This document shows, piece after piece, positions 51,155 through 64,000 of a stretch of DNA of 64,000 nucleotides. The position numbers and the translations under genes were made by a program. Under the pieces are notes generated by a model. It was not told the DNA's origin. It saw nothing but the letters and a program-made list of their open reading frames with translations, and searched no databases. Where the stretch lies: contig OX597822.1 in NCBI GenBank assembly GCA_951406725.2, positions 76,384,001 to 76,448,000 of the forward strand. The letters are read 5' to 3'. The DNA comes from Octopus vulgaris (Eukaryota). Every line of letters begins with the position of its first letter. Positions within the stretch are counted from its first letter, which is position 1.

Positions 51155-52240
51155 GCAGCAAGCTGACAGAATCGTTAGTGTGTCAGACAAAATGCCTGGT
51201 GGTATTTCTTATGACTCGTTGTGTTTTGTGTTCAAATCATTTCAAGGCCAACCTTGACTTTTATACTTTTGGGGTCAATAAAATAACACCCTGCTCAAAA
51301 AGGGGCAGTATTTTGCCCATCACATCATTCTGAGTTCAGATACCACCAAGGTCGACTTCGCCTTTCATCTTTCAAGATCAATAAAATAAGTACCAGTTAC
51401 ACACTGGGGTTAATGTTATCAACTTATTCCCTCCCTCTAAAATTTCAGGCCTTGTGCCAACAGTAGAAAAGATTATTATTATTATTTTTATTATTATTAT
51501 TATTATTATGAAGGCCAACTGGCTGAATCATTAGCGTCTTGGACAAAACACTTAGTGGAATTTTTTTCCGACTCTTTATGTTCTGAGTTCAAATCCTGCC
51601 AAGATCAACTTTGGCCTTTCATCCTTTCAGGGTATGATACCCATTCAAATATTGGAGCTGGAGGAATCGACAGTCCCTTTCCCACTTAAGTCACTGGCCT
51701 TGTCCCTAAATGGGAACACACACACACACATGTGAACATATACATAATATGAAGATAAACTAAATCTGTTTTATTCTGCTCATGAATATATATACACTCT
51801 GTAGATTATTGAAATATATTTATTTCTTTATTGCCTGCAGGGTGCTAAACATAGGGGGGACAAATAAGGACAGACAAAGGGATTAAGTCGATTACATCGA
51901 CCCCAGTACATAACTGGTAATTATTTAATCGACCCCAAAAGGATGAAGGGCAAAGTTGACCTTGATAGAACTTGAACTCAGAACGTAAAGACAGATGAAA
52001 GACCGTTAAGCATTTCGCCCAGCGTGCTAACGATTCTTTTGGTTGATCTAATAATCTTTTCTACTCTAGGCACAAGGCCTGAAATTTTGGGGGCCAGTTG
52101 ATTAGATCAACCCCAGTATGCAACTGGTACTTAATTTATCAACCTCGAGAGGATGAAAAGCAAAGTCTACCTCAATGGAATGTGAACTCAGAACGTAAAG
52201 ACAGACGAAATACTGCTAAAGTTTCTGCCAGCTCACAGCC
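51155..52240. mobile_element. Cluster of five family B SINEs (three +, two -)
   Basis: + copies at 51155, 51305 and 51510; - copies at 51820-52037 and 52053-52240. Confidence 0.8.
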
Positions 52241-52674
52241 TTTATCATTAAAATATATATTGGATGACAATTCTGTCCAGTTTTGGGTTTAGATTTGGAT
52301 AAACATAGAGTTCTAAGCATTGGTGAACCATCATGCTATCTCATTTGAATATAACAATCTTTAATACATACATACACATACATACACAAACAAACACACA
52401 CATGCATGAGCACACGCATACATATATATATACACATATATACATACATATGTGTGTTTGTGTATGTGAGTGTGTACATATGTACCTATATGTGTACATG
52501 TGTGTGTATGTGTGTGTGTGTGTGTTTATACATACACACAGACCAAGCTGTAGAAACATTGCCAGATCAGATTTGGGCCTGGTACAGCCACTGGCTTTCC
52601 AGACCTCAGTCAAACCGTCCAACCCATGCCAGCATGGAAAAGAGACGTTAGACGATGATGATGACACACATGTA

Positions 52675-52709
<35 letters not shown>

Positions 52710-53574
52710 GGGGTAGATATTTTGATTGGCAGGTTTATTGCCAGAAAGTTAGATTCTCAGTTAGCTATGTAAAGAAGTAGGTAGATAGCTTGGTAGCATA
52801 TAGTATATACATACATACATACATGTTTGCATGCAGGTGAGAAGGTGAGAGAGAATTAGGTAGGTAAATAGATAGATAATGATTGTCAGGCTCAAACAGA
52901 TCAATAGATAGATAGATGGAGTGATTGTTTGACAGGTGTGTTATTTTTAAACGTCTGTAAATAGGTAGATAGAGAGGTAAGTAGATACTGAAACAATTAC
53001 GTAAATATATATATAGACAGACACCTACTTATGTATAGATAAAAAGGTAGATGCTCACAAACAGATAGGTATAAAAATAGCTATACAGTAAGGTTGTAGA
53101 CAAATTGAAGGTGGGTCGTGTATAAATGGATAGAAATAAACTAAATTTCACTCCTATCTTTAGGTCAAGAAGAAATAATAGAAAAATTCACGTTTATATA
53201 AAATTGGTTTCTGTATGTACAGTGTGTGTGTGTGAGAGAGAGCCTGTGGCCATGAAATTGTTTTTTACTGAGGTCTTTCATCTCTGGAAACAGACAGAAA
53301 CTAAGAAAGGTCAAACGAGTGAATGCTGTGTCATCTCTGGTGACAAAGGAGACATTTCACTTGGTTATTGTTCTTAGTCATTCTAGTGAGAGATGGCTTA
53401 TTTATCAAATAATACAAATATGACGGTGACATGCACTCAGTGTGGCATTCACACACACACGCAAATATTTTTACACACATGCACAGATATCCACACACAA
53501 ACACACACCTACCTCCTCGTACGTACATATGTATGTATATTTATATATATATATATATATATATACATATACTC

Positions 53575-53793
53575 TCTTTTACTCTCTTTACTCTTTTACT
53601 TGTTTCAGTCATTTGACTGGACCACCATCTTTTAGTCAAGCAAATTGACCCCAGGACTTATTCTTTGGAAGCCTAGTACTTATTCTATTGGTCTCTTTTG
53701 CCAAACTGCTAAGTTACGGAGACATAAACACACTACCGTCAGTTGTCAAGCAATGTTGGGGGGACAAACACAGACACACAAACATGTGCACAC

Positions 53794-53836
<43 letters not shown>

Positions 53837-54033
53837 CATATATATATACATAAATATATACATATATACGATGGGCTTCTTTAAATTTCCGTCTACCAAA
53901 TCCACTCACGAAGCTTTGGTTAGCCCAAGGCTATAGTAGAAGACACTTGCCCAAGTTGCCATGCAGTGGAAATGAACCCAGAACCATGTGGTTAGTAAGC
54001 AAGCTACTTACCACACTGCCACTCCTGTGCCTA
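53575..54033 (-). mobile_element. Family A SINE, full length
   Basis: Family blocks. Confidence 0.85.
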
Positions 54034-54259
54034 CATATGTATGTGTATATGTGTGTGTGTGTATAATATGTGTATATATCATCATCATTGTTTATATATC
54101 CATCTATTTATCATACTCCATGTATATCCAGTGTCAGCAGGCTGGTTGTATACATAAATGGCCATTTTAGTTAAATACTGCCTCTTATATCTGTATATAC
54201 ACTCATAAATGCACATATATATGTACATATATACAATAAGTATGTGTGTGTGTTTGTAT

Positions 54260-54460
54260 ATGATAGGGTGATGAAAAGTTCCTAGCTTTGTGCAAAAGAA
54301 ACTACAGGAGGATCAGTTAATTATGATTTTATTCAAAATATTCCCCTCTCAGATTCACACACCTATTGCAGTGGCCCTTCAGTTTTTCTAGGCCCTGTGA
54401 AAGAACTTGGAATGTTGGGCCCCCAACCAGGCCTTTCGCAAGACCCTTAAAGTCGGGAAC
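54260..54460 (-). mobile_element. mariner-derived MITE
   Basis: TIR-like GAAAAGTTCCTAGCTTT / AAAGTCGGGAAC. The minus strand encodes CNRCVNLRGEYFE*, a mariner C-terminus. Confidence 0.6.
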
Positions 54461-54674
54461 ATACACATGCACACACACACACATTGGAAATACAACTATA
54501 TCATACCTTATTGTCTTTTATCTTAGTGTTCCTTTATTAGCCCATGAGACCCTTACACAGGTACATGCGAACTCTGATAAAGGAGATTAAATTAAAGCAA
54601 AGTCATGTCTTTAATACAGGCTTAGAGAAACCCCAGTCTCTACATATCTATGTACTCTTTTACTTCTTTTGTTT

Positions 54675-54874
54675 TTTTACTTGTTTCAGTCATTTGACTG
54701 TGGCCATGCTGGGGTACCGCATTTAGTCAAGCAAATCGACACCTACTCAATCAGTCTCTTTTGCTGAACCACTAAGTTACAGGGACTTGAATACATTAGT
54801 ATCGGTTGTCAAGCAACGTTGAGGGAATAAATACAGGCACACAAATATACACATACACATTTGTATATATATAT

Positions 54875-54956
<82 letters not shown>

Positions 54957-55150
54957 TATATACATACATACACATATACACACATGACGGGTTACTTTCA
55001 GTTTCTGTCTACCAATTCCACTTACAAACGCTTTAGTCGGCCTGAAGATATTTTAGAAGACACTTGCCCGAGGTGCCACACAGTGGGACTGAACCTGGAA
55101 CCATGTGATTGGTAAGCAAGCTACTTACCACACAGCCACTCCTGTACCTA
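54675..55150 (-). mobile_element. Family A SINE
   Basis: Family blocks. Confidence 0.85.
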
Positions 55151-55647
55151 TATATGTATGTTTGTTAAGTGCTAACACATGGAAGTCTCAGATCTTGAGT
55201 CACTCTGTGCTTCAGTTAAATATTAATAAAAATGGACATACACTCATATTTTTCCTGTTTCCATCACTGTAACTAAATATCATCGCTATTATGTTAAACT
55301 GTTGCATGTCCAAATTTGGCCAAATGCATTGTTTGCAATATACATCTTTGATTGCAATAGCCAGTTCTTTTAGTCAAACTACTGTATCTTCAGTTGCCAA
55401 AATATCAACTATTAACTATCATCAATTATTTTTTAATACAAAAAGTTTTCTATTAAAAAATAATAATCGATGGTAAGCAATTTGTTTGTTGATCAAGAAT
55501 TTTCTCCATTTTCTGCTTAATTTAAATCTGATTCCTGCAAAACTCTTGTTTATTTTTGTTATTGCCTCTATCCTATGAGCATAATATGCTTGCATACGTA
55601 TGCCCAGGGTTAACATAGATAATTTATACTGGTAGTAAAACAGATTC

Positions 55648-55889
55648 AAACCATTAAAGGAACTGAAACCAATAAAAGAACTGAAAACCATTAAAAGAAT
55701 AGAAACCATTAAAAACTGAATCAATTAAAAGAACTGAAACCATTAAAAAACTGAAAACCATTAAAAGAACTGAAACCATAAAAAAAACTGAAAACCATTA
55801 AAAGAATTGAAACCATTAAAAACTGAATCAATTAAAAGAACTGAAACCATTAAAGAAACTGAAAACCATTAAAATTGAAACCATTAAAG
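55648..55889. repeat. 17-19-bp minisatellite (GAAACCATTAAAAGAACT), about 13 units with a higher-order duplication
   Basis: Directly visible. Confidence 0.95.
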
Positions 55890-55941
55890 AAATAAAAGTA
55901 TAATAGAAAAATATCAAAGCAGTAATAATCGTCATTGATCT

Positions 55942-56133
55942 TCTTTTACTTGTTCCAATCATGGACCGTAGCCATGCTGGGGTACTGCATTGAAGGGTTT
56001 TAGTCAAACTGATTCTGGTACTTTTATTTCTTTTTAAGTCTATTACTGTATTCTTTCAGTCTCTTTTGGTGAGCCACTAAGTTAGAGGGACATAAACAAA
56101 CCAGCACTGGTGAAGAGTCAAACTTAGACACAC

Positions 56134-56206
<73 letters not shown>

Positions 56207-56368
56207 CAAAAAAAAAGATGCTTCCACACAGTTTCCATCAAACAGATTCACTGAGAAGGCATTGACCAGGGAGGGGCTATAGTAGAAGATACCTGCCCAG
56301 AGTGGGGCTGAACCTACAAACCACCTGGTTGCAAAGCGAGCTTCTTAGCCACATAGCCATCCTTGCGC
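55942..56368 (-). mobile_element. Family A SINE, old copy
   Basis: Family blocks. Confidence 0.75.
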
Positions 56369-56504
56369 TTATATTTTAAACACAGCTTCAAATAAACTTT
56401 AGTCAGCCTTAACATATGAGTCAGACAAAGTGGTCTCTGTAAGTGGAAACATAAGATTAATGACACACCAAAGTCTGATATATAAACTGTATATAAATTC
56501 TCAC

Positions 56505-56564
56505 CTTTCTATGAAAATCTAAAATTGGGGAGGTTTGATTCACACAAATATTCAAACGAAGCAC
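56505..56564 (-). CDS. Candidate 60-nt symmetric exon (VLRLNICVNQTSPILDFHRK)
   Basis: Acceptor tcccatttagcag, donor AAG|gtgaga, open in phase 0-0. Confidence 0.25.
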
Positions 56565-56799
56565 CTGCTAAATGGGAGTGTCGGCTGGGAATTTTTTTTA
56601 GATAAAACGTAAGGAGGTGGGGCGTTTGTAACACACACATACACATGATGTAGTTGTGTGTATATATGTATGTATATATACACATATGTATATATATATA
56701 CACATATATATATATACACATATATGTACATACATAGATGCATGTATGTATACATGTGTTTGAATGTGTATTGTTGTATACGGTTGTATGTATATGGGA

Positions 56800-56922
56800 A
56801 TGTCTATCTATCTATCTGGCTGTCTGTCTGTCTCTCTATCTGTCTGTGTATCTAACTGTCTATCTATTTGTCTGTGTGTGTATCTATCTATCTATCTATC
56901 TATCTGTCTATCTACCTGTCTG

Positions 56923-56977
<55 letters not shown>

Positions 56978-57135
56978 GTCTATCAGTCTGTCTGCCTGTC
57001 TATCAGGCTGTCTGTCTATCTATCTATCTGTCTGTCTGTCTGTCTATCTGTCAGCCTGTCTATCTATCCATCCATCCATCTATCTACCTGTCTGACTGTT
57101 TATCTACCTGTCTGTTTATCCATCCATCCATCTAT
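56800..57135. repeat. (TATC/TGTC)n microsatellite
   Basis: Directly visible. Confidence 0.95.
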
Positions 57136-58157
57136 ATATATATGATATAGGCATGCATACATACATTTATGCATGCACGTGTATGTTTATGTGTTTGTGC
57201 GAATGTGTGCATGTGTGTCTGTGTGTGTGTATTTACATATATTTATGTGTATATGGCCATATATGTCTATGCATATAACAATATAAAAACATATCCAAGT
57301 ATATATACATACACACACATACACACATAAATATTTGTGTACGTATATAGATATTTGTGTGGATATAGACTTCTACATACATTCATACATACATACATAC
57401 ACAATCACGCATATACACACAGAGCTTAATAAATCACAAGAAATTAATCAACTTTTCAAACCTTGCATTATTAAAATTGTTTTCATTAAAATTCAATGAT
57501 GTATATGGATATTATTTTGCTGATAAAATACTGTATTTACACATAAACATACATGCAAATATATAGACAAACAGCTGTGTGTGTTTATATTCTCATCTAC
57601 ACACATTCACCACATACATACACAGATGTCTTGGAGTATACATGTGTGTAGGTTGATATATAAATATACATACATACACATATATATGTGTGTATGTGCA
57701 TATATATATATGTGTATATATATGCATGCAACTACATAATGTATATGTGTATGTGTATATATATATATATATGGGGGGGCATATATATGTGTGTATATAT
57801 ATATATGTGCATGTATCTACATAATGCATGTGTATATATATGCACACACATATACGCAAGTCTTTTTACATATGAATGTGTGTGTGCATGCATGCATATA
57901 CAGATGCAGATTGTGTGTGTATTTATATACATAGGTATATTATTTATGTATATATATATATATATACACATGTATATACATATGTGTATATACATGTGTA
58001 TACATATATGCATGTATATATATATATATAGGTGTGTGTGTATATGCATGTATATATATATATATAGATATATACATGTATCACACACACACATATATTG
58101 TGTATGTATATATAAGTATATCTATCTATGTGTGTATGTGTGTTGTCTCAATAAATT

Positions 58158-58195
<38 letters not shown>

Positions 58196-58931
58196 AACAC
58201 ATACATATATATATGATATACATTTGTAAGCATATAGATAAATGCATACTAACATCTTATACACACACACACACATATATACATATATACACACATATAT
58301 ACTTACACACACATGTGTATATTCCTTTATTAATATTTTATTTGTTGAGAGGAAAGATAAAAGCAATCCCCATAATGAATACCTGAAATAAAACGAAACG
58401 AAATCAATATTAGCTAAAATGTACAGAAATGAGGAAGAAGATGAAAAATAAAAGAATAAGAAAACGAGAGAAGATAATAAGAAACAAGAATGAAAGAATG
58501 AAAATATTCTTTGTTATGAAGAAGATGTTTTTACTTTCCCCCATCTTAATCATAAACATTTTCATAAATTGTTGATCTCTCCTTGAAATGCTAAATACCT
58601 TTGAAGTAATATTCCACCCAAAATGAGCCCTATGGTACACACCCACATGCACACGCACACACACAAACACACACTGTGTGTGTACAGACATATATACATA
58701 CATGCATGCATGTATATACGTGTGTATGTTATATAAAAATATATATATATATATATATATACATGCACACAATTATATCATAGATATGTATAACAGGTGT
58801 ATATAACGTGTGTGTGTATGTGTGTATGAGTATCAAAACAGGAGATTAGGAAATTTGGGATTGTGCTTCAAGAGGACATGACTTGGATTTTAACCATGTG
58901 TGTATGTGTGTTTGTAAGTGTGTGTGTGTGT

Positions 58932-58973
<42 letters not shown>

Positions 58974-59006
58974 CATGTATATTAAATAACATACATGAAA
59001 TAAATA

Positions 59007-59051
<45 letters not shown>

Positions 59052-59178
59052 TGGCCTGCTCGCTTAGCCAGCGGGGTGGCGTCATTTGAAGGCTAAAACA
59101 ATGCGAAGCGCATTGTGACCATCGATGTGAAACAACATCTGATAGCCTGGTCGGTCACGGTGATCATGGTGATATATA

Positions 59179-59213
<35 letters not shown>

Positions 59214-59254
59214 CATGTATATTAAATAACATACTTGAAATATATATCTGTGTG

Positions 59255-59295
<41 letters not shown>

Positions 59296-59330
59296 CATGT
59301 ATATTAAATAACATACATGAAATATATATC

Positions 59331-59391
<61 letters not shown>

Positions 59392-59532
59392 GTATATATA
59401 TGTATGTATATATATATATATATATACACACACATACATGAATATATTCACACAAATATTTTATGTATATAAAATAATATATATTCTATAGAATATATAA
59501 TATTCCTATTTATATGCATGTATGTATGTTTT

Positions 59533-59564
<32 letters not shown>

Positions 59565-59967
59565 GATGTAAATCATTAATTTCGTATCCTCATCTACAGC
59601 TCACTCTTCACTTAGATCTGGCTCTTAATCTATATTGGATGTTCAAGAAGTGATACTCCACAGCAATGCACACATTCTTACAAGTAGGAGATATTCATGT
59701 CTATGGAGAATTTCATTTGTGTAGAGGAGCACCAAGTTCTTCAAATAGGCAGAATCTATGGAAAGGAAAGACTGTGGTTGACAAGGGGAGAAGTGGGGAA
59801 GACTGACCCCCTCCTCCACCCCCACCCTCCGAGGATGCAGATTACAAAGAAATGTGACAGGTGGCAAATGGCTGTGTCAGACGAAACCTGCCTACATCAT
59901 GCAAGAATAGATATAAACAAAATAAAAGCAATAATATAAAAAAATGATGTTATAGATAACTGGCCGA

Positions 59968-60516
59968 CGGAAGTTTTTTTTCCCACGAGAGTTCTGGACC
60001 CCAGTAATGAACTCATTTGTATACAGCCAATCAGAGCTCACCTTGATCTTGTTGTCAAGTTAAAAACACTCTACCAAGTAAACTCAAGACGATGAACGGT
60101 GTTGTAAGTCGATCAATCACCAAGATATGCCTGATTTTAGAAGGAGACAAGTAATTAGATAGATTTGCTTCTATACCTATTATCGGATTATGTTAGGGCC
60201 CCATATGGTAAAGATGTAGATGGGAAAAATATGGGTAGCGGGTGATGTGCTAGCGACCCTCTCTCCTTACTGTTTTACAAAGTAAACAACAACACAAATA
60301 ACTACGCAGAGGCAGCCAGGGGTGAAACAAGATCAAGAACAACAAGTATTCTTAAAAGAGAAAATAAGCATGGTCATTCCTTACCCAAGTGACCTTATCT
60401 TATCGCCCATCACTTATGCCCATCGCATAAATTAGTTTGATAGTTGAGCTCTGAGTGGCTGTATGCAAATGAGTTCATTACTGGGGTCCAGAACTCTCAT
60501 GGCAAAAAAATTTCGG
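59968..60516. mobile_element. Non-autonomous DNA transposon with ~72-bp TIRs
   Basis: 59968-60040 and 60445-60516 are reverse complements (core GAGAGTTCTGGACCCCAGTAATGAACTCATTTG). Confidence 0.85.
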
Positions 60517-60679
60517 ATGCAGCCTTCCACCAGGGTCCCTGTGTTCCTGAAGGGTTCATTTAAGATTTTGCTGTTAAATCTTATGAGCAATAAATTGCTT
60601 ATATTTTTACAATACACAAAATAGTTTAACGATTTTTAATACAATTCTTAATGATAATTAATTATGAAAATATCTTTTA

Positions 60680-60931
60680 TCTCTCTTTTGCTTGCTTCAG
60701 TCATTTGACTGTAGCCATGCTGGGGTACCACCTTTAAGGGTTTTAGTCAAACAAATAGACCCAAGGAATTTTTTTTTTTAACCTAGTACTTATTCTGTCA
60801 GTCTGTTTAGCCAAACCAGTAAGTTACAGGGACGTAAACAAACCAACACCAGTTGTCAAGTGGTGGTGGGGGATAAATGCTAACACAAAGGCACCGCGAG
60901 AGAGAGAGAGAGAGAGAGAAACACACACATG

Positions 60932-60965
<34 letters not shown>

Positions 60966-61610
60966 CATACGCACACACATATTCATAAATGTGTAATGGT
61001 GTCTAACTGTGTGTTTGGGGTTACTCTAACTCCTCCCACACTGTTCAACCAATTTTAATGATTTTTGGCACATAGGTAGATCACATGCTCTGAAGTTTCA
61101 AATGTTTCGAAAACTTAATAATGCTCAGTTGGCATCGATTTTTGTGAGCTCAATCAGTCATTTGAATGGAAATTCCCATAACAACATTATTTTTCCTGCA
61201 GCTTTTGCATTTTCTTCACATGTACAATTTCAACAAAATTGATAGAATAGTCTCTAAGGAAATGCTTACTCAATACAAGGTCAGAGGTGGGCTTAACTTC
61301 AACATGAAAAAAACAAGCAATGGCAGGTCCAACAGCTAGTATATACATATATACGACAGGCTTCTTTCAGTTTCTGTCTACCTAACCTATGCTCAAGGCT
61401 TTGGTCAGCTTGAGGCCCAAAGTGCCACCATGCAGTAGGACTGAACCCGGAACCACATGGTTGGTAAGCAAACTTCTTACCACACAGCCACACGTGCACC
61501 TAACTTCTTTCAGTTTCCATCTTCCAAATCTACTCACAGGGTCGGCCTGAGACTATGGTAGAAGAGTGCCATACAGTTAGATTGAGCCTAGAACAATGTG
61601 GTTTGGAAGC
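60680..61610 (-). mobile_element. Family A SINE pieces (3' half 60680-60890, heads 61353-61500 and 61505-61610)
   Basis: Family blocks. Confidence 0.7.
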
Positions 61611-62164
61611 AGAACCAAAGGGGTCCTTAGGGGAAAAAATGGTTGAAAACCAGTGGTTTGGATGGACTTAGGGCTGCTGAGTGTCTTGATTTGGGCTCCA
61701 TTCACCCATTTGTTCCTGGCCCTCTATCACTCTTCCATTATGCCTTCTGAGTAAAAATTGGATCGATCTCTATTCCTCTTTCCAGCTCCACACTGATTAA
61801 TCCCACATAATCTTATGTAATCTAAGAAGCCTGGTATCTTTTATTGAATGAGAAACCTGCCCTGGCCCCTTTCTTTTATACTTTAACCTCTCATCCCTTT
61901 GTATAAAGTTGCCTCCTTCTCTATTATAATCTGGCACAGTTGAAGGGAACTTTAGTCTAGTAAGCTACATGGTGACCTGCAAGGGCCCAAGGTACCGTGC
62001 AGTGGTGCTGAACCTGGAACCACACAGTTTGTTATGATTTGAAATGATCCAATGGGTCATAAGACTATGCTATGGTTTCTACAGCCAGCGACCCTTCCTA
62101 ATGTCAACCATGGTACAAAGTACACTGGGTGATGTCTTTCCATACACACACACACACACACATA

Positions 62165-62400
62165 TTGATAGAAATGGTAAGACAACAAAAGAATGAAAGA
62201 GACCTCGATATTATGTAAATAGAGGAATTTATCTGTAAATGTAATATGTGACAATTATTCAGTAACCATTATAAAACTCCAAGTTATCCGATGGCCGGAT
62301 AATTGAAGAGATGGTGCCGTGGATTTCTACCCCAACATCTGAAACCCGAAGTTTTATCATGGCTACCGAATAATTGTCACATATTACATTTACAGATATA
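62165..62400 (+). mobile_element. Penelope-like inverted terminal remnant with hammerhead-like motif at 62298-62358
   Basis: Inverted arms at 62231-62280 and 62348-62399. The motif reads GATAA-TTGAAGA-GATG..CATC-t-GAAAC-ccgaa-GTT-TTATC. Confidence 0.6.
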
Positions 62401-62551
62401 TACTGGAGATATGGGTCAGTGGTTAAGAAGTTTGCTTTGCAGTCTATGATTTCAGGTTCACTCCCACTGCATTGCACCTTGGGCAAATGTTAAATGATGA
62501 TGATTGTGGCTGTCTATCTATCTACACATGCACATACACTAACACACACAC

Positions 62552-62605
<54 letters not shown>

Positions 62606-62748
62606 GTGTGTGTTTGATAAGTGCTAACACATGAAACTCATAGCCCTTGAGTTGCTTTTCTGCTAAATATTAATAAAAATGGTATATATATATACTCATG
62701 TTTTGTGTTCTATTTTTCCTGTTTGCATCACCAAACCTATATAAACAC

Positions 62749-62783
<35 letters not shown>

Positions 62784-63564
62784 TATAATACCTGCAGCTC
62801 TAATTTAGAAATCTTGATGTTGGTTGTTCTTATAATACAGAATTTCCAATGTTGTTATTCCCACATTAACCAAACTTGTCTATACATCAGATATTCTGAA
62901 TTTCAATCAGATAAATCAACTCACTTTTTTTATTATTTTTATCTCTTCTCAGTTCTGTTCTTTATTGTCTTATTATCCGTCATAATTTCTGAAATCCCCT
63001 GTCTGTTTTTTTGAATTGATGTGAGCACATATGCTTTGTGAATGCCTCATCTGACTGGTTACATTTATCAAACACACACGTCTCTATTCTAGGATGTATG
63101 CGCTTGTATGTGTGCAAATATCTATGCAACTCTGTGTGTGTGTGTGTGTGTGATCTCGGTCATGTCTGCATTTGTGTTTGCCAGTAGAAACGCATTTATT
63201 TGTTTCATGCATACGCATGAGGATATTTATGATGTGTTAGTGTTTATCTGAACATTTTCGTCTGTATAATTGTGTGTGTGTCCGTGTGTGTGTCTTATGC
63301 ATTTGTATTCATATGAATTACTGCAAATAGCTTATGTTGTTGTTTTTTTTTCTGTGTATATTTTTTTGGAAATATTGCAATTTGTTAGAAAGTATTCCTT
63401 GGGCCTGAATAAATCTATAAATTAAGTTTTGTCATAATTGATGCAAATAAAAATATAAAGGCAGAAACACACAAACACTCTGATTCACAGACTCTCAGAA
63501 TCACATGTATGTGTGTGTGAAAATACATGAATACATATATATATATATATACATATATATATAC

Positions 63565-63673
<109 letters not shown>

Positions 63674-63728
63674 GTCCCATCCATGTTAGCATGGAGGGCG
63701 GATGTTAAACAATGATGATGATAATGAA

Positions 63729-64000
63729 GGTGTATGGCTCAAGGTATTTGGCACAAGATCGTAAGGTCATGATTTCCATTCCTGTCGTCATGTTGCGTCC
63801 TTGAGCAAGACACTTTATTTCATGTTGCTCCAGTCCACTCAGCTGCCAAAAAGGAGCTGTACCTGTAATTCATAGGGCCAGCCTTGTCACACTTTGCATC
63901 ACACTGCATCTCCCTGAGAACGACATTAGGGCTACACGTGTCTGTGGAGTGCTCAGCCACTTGCACATTAATTTCACAAGCAGACTGTCCTGTTGATCAG
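63729..64000 (+). mobile_element. Family D SINE, running off the window end
   Basis: Aligns to 39311-39590. Confidence 0.8.

Noticed and set aside
55422-55724. 100-aa ORF with hydrophobic N-terminus
   Set aside because: The N-terminus is the 18-bp minisatellite and the rest overlaps a repeat also found at 17770-17830.

Overview
AT-rich, repeat-saturated eukaryotic DNA. It is very probably from an octopus (coleoid cephalopod), judging by recalled SINE consensus sequences and the extreme (TA/CA/TAA/CAT/TATC)n density; this was not confirmed by a search. No intact protein-coding gene with recognisable homology is present, and almost every ORF in the supplied track is a microsatellite or SINE artefact. 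The window holds dozens of copies of at least four tRNA-derived SINE families and an RTE-like family with a (GAT)n tail and an internal ~62-bp minisatellite. It also holds a near-full-length Tc1 element with DD36E spacing (30683-31971), three R4/Dong-clade retrotransposon fragments (two abutting TAA arrays), a decayed Tx1/L1-type ORF1 (46794-48200), mariner remnants, piggyBac-type MITEs and several foldback elements. The most interesting signals are four Penelope-type termini with minimal hammerhead ribozyme cores (one with a U3-A8 compensatory pair), a tRNA-Asp fused directly to a SINE/LINE 3' tail with a covarying stem-loop, and a few phase-consistent orphan exon candidates. Repeat boundaries were read by eye and are approximate.
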